Source of the DNA: Paragordius varius
Taxonomy: Eukaryota; Animalia; Nematomorpha
Direction: 5' to 3'
Length of the DNA: 64,000 nucleotides
Assembly: GCA_964247055.1 (NCBI GenBank)
Contig: OZ176054.1
Span: 3,224,001-3,288,000 of the forward strand
A program made the position numbers and the translations under genes. Position 1 is the first letter of the stretch. Each line of letters opens with the position of its first letter. Shown one piece after another: positions 24,507-37,384 of the stretch. The notes under the pieces were generated by a model, which was given only the letters and a program-made list of their open reading frames with translations, was not told where the DNA came from and did no database searches.

Positions 24507-26551
24507 CATCGACCCTTCTCTATATACAACAAAGTGATGCAGTATGAGTAAAAATACATTGCTAGTTTTTCGCAATGAATATTGCCAGATATAAACAGCA
24601 AAGATATTATGTGCAAAAAAGGGCTAAAAAAATAATTTTAAAATAATACTCTTTATATATGCCATCTGGCAATATACAATGAACAACTAGCTCTTTTTTA
24701 CTCTTAATGTAATTTTGGCTACTTTACTTTTACCTAATTCAACTTATAAAAGCTAATTTATTTTGTGGATTTTCATATGAAATATGGTCGTATAAATAAT
24801 GGATTGATACCATTAACACATATTTATTTAGGACAAGTCTTTTGACTAATTAAATTAAATATATTAGAATCAATTAAAAATACAACTTATGTTTTATGTT
24901 TTCTATTTATCTTGCTAAGTCAATTTTATCTATTATATTATTTTTGATTTCACAATAATTAATCAAAAGAATGTATAATATTATTTACTATTCGATAGAG
25001 AAATACGATTGACTCAATCAAAATTAAATTTGTGTTAAAAAGGTGAAATTTTATTTAGTTAAAAAAAATTTGACAGAGCACATCAAATTAACAGTTGACA
25101 CACTGGGAAATTATAAATTATTAATGGAATTGATATTTTTATGAGTGAAATTTTTGGATACTGTCCCCAACACAATGTTAACTGTTCCTCAACACAATGT
25201 TAACTGTTTAATTCCCTTTTAAATTAAAAATAATAAATTTTGATTAATTTTTCATTATATTTACTCTATATAATTTATAAATTCAACCATACCTTTTTGA
25301 TGTAAAAATATATTTTATTTTTGCCTTTGTAAGTATTTTAGTTCTAGTGATCCATTATTAATATTTTTTGATGTTAAATAATGATAAAATATTTTGTGTT
25401 TAGTTTTATTATTTATTATTGATAGTTGCAAATTTAATCCTTTAATTTTTAATTGTAAATTAATTATTTTACATGAAGCCATATGGTGTAGTTACGTTAA
25501 ATAACTAAAAAATATTAACAACATCTTCCGTCATCAACCAAGTCGAATAAAATAAAAATAAAATAATAAATGATGCCGTGCTGTGCATAAAATAAAGATA
25601 CATTCGCGCATTTTTAAGATACATATATGTTTGACGAGAAAGATAGATAAATTTTGATTCCGTGGGTAATTTGTTACAATATTGCGAAAGAGATATCCAT
25701 TAATCATTATAGATTATGAAAAAAGAAGATTTTTAGAAACCATAATTTTTTATAATATCAACGTTGAGCTATGTAATTCTTTGGGTTATTTGTTTTATAT
25801 TTTATAAATACATCACATCAAATGAAACATGTAAGCTAAACAAACAAATTTTAAATAGATAGTATGTATGTATTGTTGACATTTTGTCGATTATTTGGCA
25901 CAGATGAAAAAAAACCTTTAAAATAAAATTAACGATATTTTTTCCTTTACAAAAATTGATTAATTATATTCATTTTAACGATATATATCTATATACCCAA
26001 AATTTATTTTGAATTGGGTTTCCATTGTTTCCCTCAATCCATCCATAAAATGTATTCTGAAAATCAAAATCAAATTAGAATGAACTAAAAACAGACAACA
26101 CGACAACATAAATATTATTCCTCAATCTACAGGTTCCATTGAGATTTTTCTTATTTTAGATTGTGCATATTAAAAAATTATGTAGTCACCAACGTGGCAG
26201 AGTAAAGAAAAATGGACAAAAGACATCATCTCACACACTTTATAATGCAACAGTTATTCTGCAAAGTAGGAAGAAATATTTGTCTTATAATATTATGTTG
26301 AAATGATCATACTACACATTATATTAATGCGTTCTTCTAAATTCGATATTTCTAAGTTTTCTCAATTAATAAAGAAAATGTACAAATCTATATAAGATTC
26401 TTCTCACCTTGGCAATTATGTTTTCTTCTTTAACAAATACCTAACGTTTAATTTAAAATTTCGAACATAATTAATTATTTTACCCTCGCCTTACCTCGAT
26501 TAATTCTGATATATTTTTTCGAAATCGCTCTGGATCAAATGATATTATATT

Positions 26552-27778
26552 ATGTATAACAACGATATCACTGAATCAAGTACACAGTTACCACCCCCAA
26601 GTAGCACAGATCTAACGTTTGATGTTAAACATTCGTTGAACGTTACCATTTTTTATTGCATAGCTTATGGCTTCATATTTTTGACTGGAATCGTGGGGAA
26701 TGCTTTAGTAATTTGCGTTGTTTTACTGTATCCTAAAATGAGAAACACAACCAATCTCTACATTGCAAATTTGGCCTTGGCTGATTTCTTGGTGAGTCTT
26801 TTGTGCGTACCGTCCACCTTGTTAGTTAACATATTTGAAGGTAACGCTTTTTTTATTTTAAGATTTAATACAAGTCATTTTATGTTTAACTGCCATACTT
26901 TGAAATTAAATAACTTAATTTTGAAGGATTAAACTCACTCAAATATACGATACAAATTTATTGGGTTCAATAAACTGCCTAGGAAAAAATGTTTGGCTTT
27001 AAGATTTTAACATATAATACATACGTCTTGTATTTATCAACTAGGTGGAAAATTGATTAAAGTTTATCAATAATCAACAGTTTCTTAACAATATTTTCTG
27101 AAGTGTTAAAACTTTTAATAATTATGGGCATAACTTGCTATTATGGTATATCAATGGATATCAAAACTACTGATTAGAGTCTTTACATAGTGATGCTTCT
27201 AAATATTATATTCATTTATATTTTATTGTAATTACCATTACATTTTATATTATATTAATAATATATTTCGATTCAATAAATGCCCGGCTATATATATAAT
27301 TTAATAAATAATAATTTTCCCACCGTTCCCAATTATTTTAAATTGTGGAAAATAATTGTGGTTTGGGGTCATTAAGGTAAGAGTTAAAAACCAATAATTT
27401 TTTACTGAAACCATATTTTTTAAATCGCTGATTTAATATAACCTATCGTTTTGGATTTCGAAATAGGTGGCGACAGCTAACATAAAAAATAAACTCTCAA
27501 ATCACAGTAATGAGTTTAATTTTTACTAAGATTAGGTTAAAAATCCATTTCTGTTTTTGCATAATCTGTTATCGAGTTATGTATCAATTTTTTATACTCT
27601 TCAAGATTTAATATAACCTATCGTTTTGGATTTCGAAATAGGTGGCGACAGCTAACATAAAAAATAAACTCTCAAATCACAGTATTGAGTTTAATTTTTA
27701 CTAAGATTAGGTTAAAAATCCATTTCTGTTTTTGCATAATCTGTTATCGAGTTATGTATCAATTTTTTATACTCTTCA

Positions 27779-27809
<31 letters not shown>

Positions 27810-30389
27810 CGCATTTATACGAAAATTAATTAATGCCAATCTTAAACCCTTATTTTGAACGGGACGGTACAAAAAAAGTCAAAAAGATGTAATACAGGGA
27901 CAACTTTAAAAATTGTCTACACACAAAAAGAGGTTTAACTGTATTATATACAACAGAGTTAAATTATGTTAAAGTTAGTTGAACCCTTTTTGATAATTTG
28001 TATATTTATTAATAAATTTTAAAAATATCAATTTTTTATTAAATTTTTTAAATTTGTCCGTTTTCAGTTTTTCTTTTAGGTAATTTATTACTGTACACAT
28101 TTTAATGTAATTAAAAGTCTAATCTTTCTAATACCTTTAACTCATATCTTAGCACCGCTCTTTCTGTTGTGCTGCATTTATTTAATTAATTTATATAGTT
28201 TTAAATATTTTAAGATATGTATCATATAGTGTTTTATCATTATTATACTTAAACAATTTGGCGTAGGCTTAAAAAATCCAATTTTACATATAAAGACAGA
28301 TTTTATTTTAGCTTTTTTTTAAAAAAAATTAATTTTATTTTAATGTTTTACTTTATATTCCGTTCTTAATTTTCCTCTATACTAGGAGCGAAATTTGTGT
28401 AAAGTTTTAATGCGTTGTAATGAGTCTAACTAAGTAAGTAGTAGCCAGTTTTATGTTAAATTAAACTGTCATCGATTTTATATTTAAAAAGAGCTCTTGC
28501 ATTCACACATATAAATTAAATTTTAGTTGTTCTTGTCCAGTATTTTAATGTTTTATAGAATTTAGCGATACGCTAGCTATTTTTATGAGATTTTTGATCC
28601 CCCTTCTCTAGATATTATAAATTTGTCTTGTAAATAGTAAACCTTGATTCTTAGCATCACATTTTTCTAACATAAAAGCGTTACAACTGTAAATTTATGC
28701 ACTACGCAATATATTGCTTCATACATTTAACCTAGAAAAATAAAAGTGAAAAAAACCAAAAAATTCAAACTTACCAAAAACGATTTTTAATTTAGATTAA
28801 TGGTTTTTTATTCATATGCTATGTAATGCGTTGAATTTCATCAAATAGACTTGTCATTTGTTTTTTACGTAGTAATGAAGTAATTAGGCGCTCAAGGATA
28901 ATAGAATCTCATTAATGGTTTTTGAAAAATTTAAACTCACAACTCAATTATATTACCTATTTTTTTGGAGTTTTAAAAAATTAATTGAAATTCTCCTATC
29001 TAACATTTTAATTAATGTTTATGTGCATAAGTACGAAAAATAATTTGTTAATATGAATTCCTTTGGGATTCTAAATTATAATTTATGAAAAGTGACATCA
29101 AAACAATTTGATGACGATTATGATGTAAAAATAATTTAAGTAAATTTTACATTTGCAACGCTCCATTTGCTCTGATGATTTTAAAATCGCACAACAAATA
29201 TTAAGCACTTGTTATTATTTTTTCGTATTTGTCAATCAATTATATTTAATCAGCTGCCCTACTTTTTCGCAATCGACTTTTTGGCAAGTTAGCGTCTGAA
29301 AACAAATAGCATATGATAATCAAATAAAGCATCTTTGAAATACAACCCCTGAAAGATGCATGCAACTCCTGAGGGTTACTTTTTAAATGGGTCATGATGC
29401 GGATAATAAGCTATGTAATCCTTCAATTATGTTGTAAGGGGGTCATGATTTGGTCAGTGACTATTTATTTTTTGACCATGGTCATAAAAACAGCAGTTTT
29501 TTGAAAAATTGCTAGTAATTATTTTTAGAAAAGAGATATTAAGAATTTATTGTTTTTAATACTTTTTTTGAAAAATAAAAATTAAATATTTAAATTTGTT
29601 TATTTAACAATATATTAAAAAATTTTAAACATGCATCCTTATAAAGTTAGCATTTAAGCATATCCAGTTGAAAAAACAAAACAATCAAGCACTTTGCAAA
29701 ATATGCAATTATTGCATATATGTGATCCAATAAAATGAAAAACATCCTATAATTGGATATTTTAATGATCAAAAAAAAGTGTAAAACAAATTAGGTAAAC
29801 TTTATTTGAAATATCCAGTATAAAAAGCTGTTTATATGAAGATTCAGAAGGCCACATGAAAACAAATTTCTAGATAAAATTTAAATGAAAATATATGTAA
29901 ATAATAAATATGAAAAAAATGTATAATACAACCTTTAAGAAAAAACATAAAATTTTTCGTGAAACGCAAGTGTAATTCGAACATTATTTTGACAATCCAT
30001 TATCGCATTATACTTACTTAAGTAAAAAGTGGTCATAACCATCGTCTGATTGGGTCTGACGGGATTTGAAAAAGCAGTCAGATGCAACCTTAGTCGTACC
30101 ATTGTATGTTTTATATAGATAAAATATTGCTATATTTAATATTACTCAACCTTTATTTTACTATATAAATAATATTAATGTTTTTTCTCGTTTAAGTGGG
30201 CACTATAACATAATTATTGGAACTGAGGGATCTTTAAATATATTAATGTTCCTAAAACTCATGCAAAATTAATATTTAAGGATTGGTAACGCCGTTGTGT
30301 TCTATATTTGTTAAATTTATTTACATTTTTTAGAGAATAGTAGCAGACGTTATAATTTTGCCGTTATAAATTTTGGGGGGTATATTAGG

Positions 30390-30432
<43 letters not shown>

Positions 30433-33093
30433 TAAAAAATGGGATTAAAATCAGAACCATTTTAGTAAACTAACAATGGAACTTTCATAATAGGACCTAA
30501 ACCCAAACTATAAATGGAGGTTCCAATCAACGGTATATACATTAATCGACCTTTTATATGTACGCCCGAGGATACCGATAAATAACAATATTTTTTTTTC
30601 ATTTTATACTATATTTAAGTATAAAGTAGATAAAAATTCTAGTGTCATCTATTCCAATCAATCTGTTGATACTATACATATTGATTATAAGATCATTCCA
30701 TCTTAAAAAAGAGACCTAGCAAAACTATGAAAATGTATCTAAACATGAATTTTTTTAAATTTTTTGAACTTCACTAAAAAGATGGGTTTTATATATTATA
30801 CATAAGTAGTGATTTTTAAGCAATAATTATATCTTTCCTATCATTTTATTACATCTCGAAAACAAAAATATTTTTTAGAGATTTTGAATCAAATTTTTGT
30901 TCATATAGGTTGGATCTTGGGACCATTTTTGTGCAAAATTGTTCCTTGGCTACAAGGAGTGTCCGTTACATCCTCAGTTACAAGTTTGATAGCCATAGCT
31001 TTAGACAGGTAAATTTTTTATAAAAATTATATTAACAGACAAACATTTTTATAAGTAATCTAAATTTTTTTGACAATTTTCTATCTAGATATGTTGCTAT
31101 ATGCCGCAATCGGAAAATGGCTAAAATCCCAAAGCGATACACTAAACTTAGCATTTTTGCTATTTGGATCTTTGCATTTTGTATCATATCTCCCTGGTTA
31201 AGTGTTTTCAAGTATTTTGTTATAACCTACAACGATGTAAATGGTAATAATGTGGACAAGCTAAATTCTTCAAAGTATTCTCATAATGGAGGGTCTACAC
31301 CTTCAACAGACACCCTTTTAGAAAACAAAAATTTGGATAGCTACAATTCTTTGTTACATTCTTCGTCAAATTTAGCCGATAATTTTTTGTTTCTCACACA
31401 GAAAAGCGACCAAAATATTGATTTTTATTCCGTAGAAGATGAAAGTGAAATCCATCACATATCAAAGAATGTCCAACTACCTACAAAGCTAAAAGCTAAG
31501 AGATACATCGACAACAACTACAAAGAAAATTACAAGGAAATCTTTTACACAAATGAGGACAAACGAGGCTTGAATGACATCTCAAATTTCTTTCAACTTT
31601 CAACATCAACAAGCAAAATGCCTTTATTACAAAACAGCAATATGTTTAATTATAGTAAAGAGCATTACAACAAAACCTTAGATGCAAATAAAAAGGATAA
31701 TAATAATAATATTAAAATTTATAAGGTACACACATACTCTTTCAAGGCTTGCACTGAGGTTTGGGAAAATAAATTGGTTCAAAAATTTTATTTTGCCATA
31801 GTAATTTTTGGGTTCCTATATCTCCTACCCATGTGCATAATATTTTGGTGTTATTTCCTCATATGGCACCGAGTTTGTCGCCGAAACTTACCTCGCCAGT
31901 TTAATTTACACCATAGATCTCAAGGAGTTATTAATCGATCAAAGCTTAAAGTAGCCCAAGTGCTTATGTTTGTTATGATACTTTTTGCGTTGTCATGGTT
32001 ACCGCTGTATATTTTTGGATTTTTCATTTATTTTGGGAAACCGACGACCAACCAAGTCACAACTGATTTTACGAATCACTCTAATATATTTATAAATAAT
32101 GGTAACATAAGTTCATTGATAAACGGTAGCGAATCCATAATAAATGATTTTTCACTTTCGCAATTAGCTTTAACCAAAGAGGAATTGATGAATGTCGCAA
32201 CGAATTATACCAGACACAATCACAAAGAAAATTACACAGTATCTAATGATAATTTTAACCAAACAATAATTGGTAAAAATGAAAGAGCCTCTCTGCTATC
32301 ATACAATTTTAAGTTTATGAATGATTGGGTTCGACCCATAACTCAATTAATTAGTCTGTCCAATAGCTGTATTAATCCAATTATTTACACTTTCTTTCAC
32401 AAAAAGTATCGAAGGAATTTTAAATTACTCTTAACCATAATTGCCTACAAAGTTATGCAATGTTTCTGCCTTTTCGGATGCTCCAAAAACATTTCAACCA
32501 ATTTACGTAATGCCATACATCACAAAAAATCTCAATCAACCCTGCGGTCAACGTATCGAAACTTTAATCGAGAAAGTAATTGGTCCCATACGAGTGGTGG
32601 GGACCCGTTTGGAAGCTTAAAAGATTTGCCTGCTGCCAAAAAAGTATGTAACCGCAGCCGTATAAAATTGAAGGAAACGAAAAAAGCCAAAAGCCTTGAA
32701 CAAAACTTGATTACAAGCGATGAAAATGATGGATTAATAATCATTACACCAAGTCATGATGTTAGCGGGCAAAGAAAGAGTTCTCCAACCCACAAAAAAA
32801 TGTTGGCCGCAAGTGAATCTAGTACAGATGAATCAGAGAGTACAGGAGTTTTATTTTGCAATTTGTTGGAAAATAATCGCATTAGAAAGCGAGGACATAC
32901 ATTGGGCTCATGTCTTCCCCCCACCACAAAAACAAGTGTTGCCAACAAACTTTCAATTACCACTTTTGCCAAAGTGAATAAAGGAAAACATAGGAGGATC
33001 CGCTCAAATTCTGTCATTCTACCGGTCATCCCCTCATCTAATAGAAACGTGGTGTTACCTTTACAAAGGATATCAGAGACACCTCACGAATAA
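26552..33093 (+). CDS. SIFaR: Class A neuropeptide GPCR, SIFamide receptor / NPFF receptor-like, about 797 aa, 3 exons
   Basis: Exons 26552-26840, 30909-31008, 31089-33093. TM1 IAYGFIFLTGIVGNALV, MRNTTNLYIANLALAD, LCVPSTLLVNIF, WILGPFLCKIVPWLQGVSV, DRY, TM6 SWLP, TM7 NSCINPIIY. The subfamily call rests on recalled SIFaR similarity. Confidence 0.85.
27431..27780. repeat. Near-perfect tandem duplication, 2 x 175 bp, followed by (TA)n, in GPCR intron 1
   Basis: Units start ATTTAATATAACCTATCG at 27431 and 27606; only about 2 differences seen by eye. Confidence 0.9.
30392..30428. repeat. (TA)n microsatellite, representative of many in the window (e.g. ~3560, 4230, 19887, 27780, 33467, 35147, 47306, 59439, 62985)
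   Basis: Direct reading. Confidence 0.95.
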
Positions 33094-33503
33094 AATTATG
33101 CCTTAACAAATATAATTTGTATCCACCCTTTTTTCAAATACACCATATCTAATCTATCAACTGTGATATAAAGTATTTTCAATGATGTCCAATACTCTCA
33201 TGTAAAAATACTCACTCATCCGATTGAATGATACTCAAATTTTACCAATATATAATTATTTATAATGTTTAAAAATTTATTTTAACTTTTACATTTTATG
33301 CATTGAGAGTCATAATTTTACAAAAAAACATGGTGAATAAAAAATTTGTAATTATACCTTAAATATAAATATCATAAATAGTCATTATCACAATTTTTAG
33401 GTTTTACATTGAATGTGTAATATGCATTTGACTAACCCTGATTACAAAAAAACAAAGCTAGAGATGATATATATATATATATATATATATAAAAATTTAG
33501 AAG

Positions 33504-34992
33504 TCATGAATTAAAATCATTTCTAGGTTTGGAACCACCACCATTGTCCTTAGGATTTTTTTGATGTTTCCGTATGCTACAAGCTATTTTATCACACAAC
33601 GAAAGAATGTTATTAGATTTGAGTAATTTATCATCCATAAATTTGAAACCAATATTCTTTTCAATCACGCTCGTAGGTATAAGGAAATCAATCAATTCTT
33701 TATCTGGACCTATTGGGGCGTTAGGAACGACAAAAGATGCATGATGTATTTTACCATCTTGCGGGTTTTCCGCAAATATAATTTTAAACAAGTGCGTAGG
33801 GACGGCCACATTATTTTGGCCAATAACTTGATACTTAACATAACGTTTATTCCGTTCCTCCTCAAACACATTCGGTAAAAAAAGCGGACCCGTTATAACC
33901 CGTATCTCCGGGTATTGTTTCCATACCAAATTCCTACAAAACTGCTCAAATTTGGCCCAAAACACTTGGTTGTTGTCAAAATTTTGGGGGACAATGTTGG
34001 TGAGATAAAATGTATCATCCATGTTTTGCTATATATAAATGGCAAATTGTACATTTTTGAATAACAATAGAGAGATGGAAACTCATGTATTGCAAAGTAA
34101 AAAACAGAATTGATATATGGCAAATCAAATATGCAAGAATTCTATGAAAAATCTTACCACGTTAATTTGCCTTCCTAATTTATGATGAATTATAAAAGTT
34201 TTATGCTAAATTAAGTTAGTTTTACACAAGGTTTTAAAATAATTTAAGATGCTAAAATATTATTTAATCAATCACAAAAAGTGTCTCTACCAATGAAACT
34301 CAAATGTAAAAAGTAAAATATCAAATGTCTTAACAAACGTAATTAATAATAAGTGTTATATGTTATCTCAAGTAATTTAAAAAAGATTAGTTTGTGGATT
34401 AACCGCATGTATAAAAAAACAGACTTCGATGTAATGGTTTATGTATTTTATTAGCCATATATTTGCAAAAAAAAGATAAATTTTTAATATTTTTACGTTT
34501 AGTAAAAAACCTGATTATTTTTATGGTTGGCTGCTGCACTCATATGGCCCCTGGAGTATCCGGCATTTTTGTAATCCTCGTTAGACGCGGTCCAATCTTG
34601 AGGGATTCTTGGATCAGGTTTAAACCTGGAATCATCTCGTCTTGCCTTACCTTTTAAAGTTTCTTGACTTATGATTTCGGCCACCCAAAAAGGTATTTTT
34701 CGTGAAGCATCATAGGCTACGATATGATTTTGATAGGCTATTATAGGTGGTGATTGAATAGGTAATCCATATTTGAATATGTATCGAGCCTTTCGCCGAG
34801 TAATCCAATCATCTAATAAATATAAAAAAATATGCAATACCCCAGGTTTCTTTATTAAAGAATATTCCAAAACACAAAAAGGCTACGGAGCAAGATACAA
34901 TTACGCCAGTTAAGAAACCATTTGCATATGTTGGTCTTAGGCGGTTCTAAAATAAGTTTAAACCGTACCTTAAAGAGTTTTTCCGCAAACAT
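33504..34992 (-). CDS. EXOG: Mitochondrial sugar-non-specific nuclease, EndoG/EXOG family, about 318 aa, 4 exons
   Basis: Exons 34969-34992, 34841-34946, 34511-34812, 33504-34028. N-terminal basic plus hydrophobic segment; KYGLP, FKPDPRIP, SRGH (catalytic His), DDTFYLTNIVPQNFDNN, YQVIGQNNVAVPTHLFK. ENDOG versus EXOG orthology is uncertain. Confidence 0.9.
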
Positions 34993-35027
34993 AATATAAA
35001 TACACCATATTAGTAGACCATATAATG

Positions 35028-35143
35028 TAATGTGACCAGATAATTTTAATTTGAACGCAGTACAAAATTAAAACATACTTTGCCTTGTTTTTAAACCATC
35101 GGTGTGGAATATTCCACAGTTTCCACAAAAAAATATCCTGATG

Positions 35144-35177
<34 letters not shown>

Positions 35178-36727
35178 TGATAGGAAAATATCAGGATTAT
35201 CATGGTGCATTTGGTTTGAACCGAATTATTAAAGAAAGTTATTTACAGTAAGTGCTCCGTATAAAATTGGAAAAGGGACGCATTTTTTCAATTATATTTT
35301 TTGGTGAATGCTAAATGTTTTATTCCAAAAAATATCACTAAAATATGACATAAACTCCATATAAAAAGCAAAACAATATTTTAAAAATTTTAAATTTTTA
35401 GATGTGGCTCTAAAAGTCCCAATTTTTTTGGCTCTTTTAAAATGAACCGTACTCTTAAAAAACGCAAAAATCCGACATTGTGCAATTATTTTAAATATAT
35501 GCTAAATTTTGATATCAACTTTATATATTTTTTTAAAAAATGGATACTTTTAAAAATTTATTAGCAAAATCTTGTTGAAGCGTACTTCATACTATTTTGA
35601 GCACGATGGAAACGATTAAACGGTTGAGATGTTAGGCCATTTATATATATAATTCGATAATACTCGGATTTTCATTAAAATATTCATTCGTCAAAATTAT
35701 GTATAATAAAAATTGTTTTTTCACAAAAATGCACCAAAATTTGCAAGCAAACATTTAACTCTGAATGTTCAACATCATCGAATTATTTGGAAAAAATTTT
35801 TTATTATATCTCAAACCGTTATACAGTTGCCATCATGCTTCAAAACAGTTTGAGGTACGCTTCAACAAAATATCTCAGTTTTATTTATGCAAAAAAATAA
35901 GATAACTAATAAAAATTAATGTTTAGAGACGTGATGGTATAGTAGGTAGGGTGCCGGACTCTTACACTGCCCTGAGTTTGAACCCGAGACTACGCAATTT
36001 TTCCATAATCACTGTCAGCCCTGGGCAGGCGAGTGTTAAAGCCTTCACAAGTCCGGATACAATTTAAGTCCTTGCCCTTTAATAAAAAAGAGACTCTAAA
36101 CTGTACAAAAAAATAAAAAATAATGTTTGGGAAAATATTAAAAAATATCATACCTCCCACCTAATGAGTAAGGATATCGTAAAAACTCTTTATTTTTTAT
36201 GAAAACAGGTTATTTCGTATCATCTGCCATATATAATAAATTTTAAATTTTTATATATAATTTTCCGTTTGGTAATTATAACAAAAAATAAACTTTCTAA
36301 TTATCAAACTTTTATAAAAATATCATAAATTATAATTTAAATTTTATACGAAGCCCTAGGTGAAAGAACCATTAGCCTGAATCTTACGGTGTAGAATCCG
36401 AGATTTATGGTTTCGCCACTGCGCAAAAGGTTGTAATACTGTGTTTTATGTATAATTCGAGCAAATAAATATTAACCAACTATAATAGGCCAATCTTAGT
36501 TTTGTACCTCAAAATGCATACAAATTAGGAGGTTATTTTTACAAAGGGTACTATATTTATTTCTAAAATAATTTTTTTGAATAAATAAAAGGTAAATAAT
36601 ATTTAATTAAAAAAATTAAATTTTTTTTAAATTCAAAAAGCAGTACAAAAAAGGACGCAGTACAGGCGCACTTTTTTTCAGAAAACACAGTACTGTACTG
36701 CGAAAAACAGCCTATATGGTCACTATA
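35028..36727 (-). mobile_element. Non-autonomous hAT element, copy 2, carrying a nested SINE
   Basis: TIR TAATGTGACCAGAT / ATATGGTCACTATA; perfect TSD ATATAATG (35020-35027, 36728-36735); collinear in reverse with 18698-20026. Confidence 0.9.
35925..36113 (+). mobile_element. tRNA-derived SINE
   Basis: A box TGGTATAGTAGG (35935), B box GAGTTTGAACCC (35974), non-tRNA body, A-rich tail, about 15-bp TSD TAAAAA(T/A)TAATGTTT. Absent from the sister copy of the host MITE. Confidence 0.75.
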
Positions 36728-37384
36728 ATATAATGTTACATTTTTTTGGAATCAACCAAAAAATATCTGATTCAAATATAAAATGGTGCATAATTTATAG
36801 ATTATATTGTTAATAAAACAGTCCCTTTTCTGTCAAATATTTTTTTAATCTAAAAATGTCAATATTACACTTTAAATTAAAATAGCCAATTACATAAAAA
36901 TCGATAATTTGAAATAATATTAATTAGAATCTATGCTTCTTTCTCAAAAAATTATTTATATAATGATAAATTATTTTGGTTTGAAGAAAAAAACTATTTC
37001 GGCTCCGAAAATTCGGAATGTAATATGTTTCGGATTAACTTTGATAAAAAAGCTTTTATCTAGGTATTAGAGAGCAGGCAAATTTATTTAATCAACAATA
37101 CATTTATTGCCTATATTTTGGCTTCTAAAAAAGCGGTTGCGTTATGCTCTTAAATACCATCGAATACATATTTTTTAGTCGGATCACTATCATTGTTATT
37201 TTATAGTTGTTTATATTTAGTCTTCGGGAAGAAATATACTCAAATAAAATGTTTAAATTTAATTTCATTTGTTAGTATATATTTTATTTTAATTGATTTT
37301 AAGGATTATCTGAATTCTAATCCCTAAAAGTTTAAAAATGTAAAAAATTGAAGCTTTTGTGTCTACCATATATATAAATCGTTT

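Noticed and set aside
23369-24616. Cluster of short ORFs on both strands
   Set aside because: Fragments of the decayed mariner and the adjacent MITE; no intact transposase.
32532-33029. ORFs 32532-32744, 32754-33029 and 32756-32977
   Set aside because: Antisense or alternative-frame shadows of the GPCR C-tail exon.
34970-35203. ORF 34970-35203 as the first EndoG exon
   Set aside because: It is mostly hAT MITE plus (TA)n; the true first exon (34969-34992) is in another frame.
35925-36000. tRNA gene
   Set aside because: A and B boxes are present but there is no convincing cloverleaf. It has a non-tRNA body, A-tail and TSD, and sits inside a MITE, so it is a SINE.
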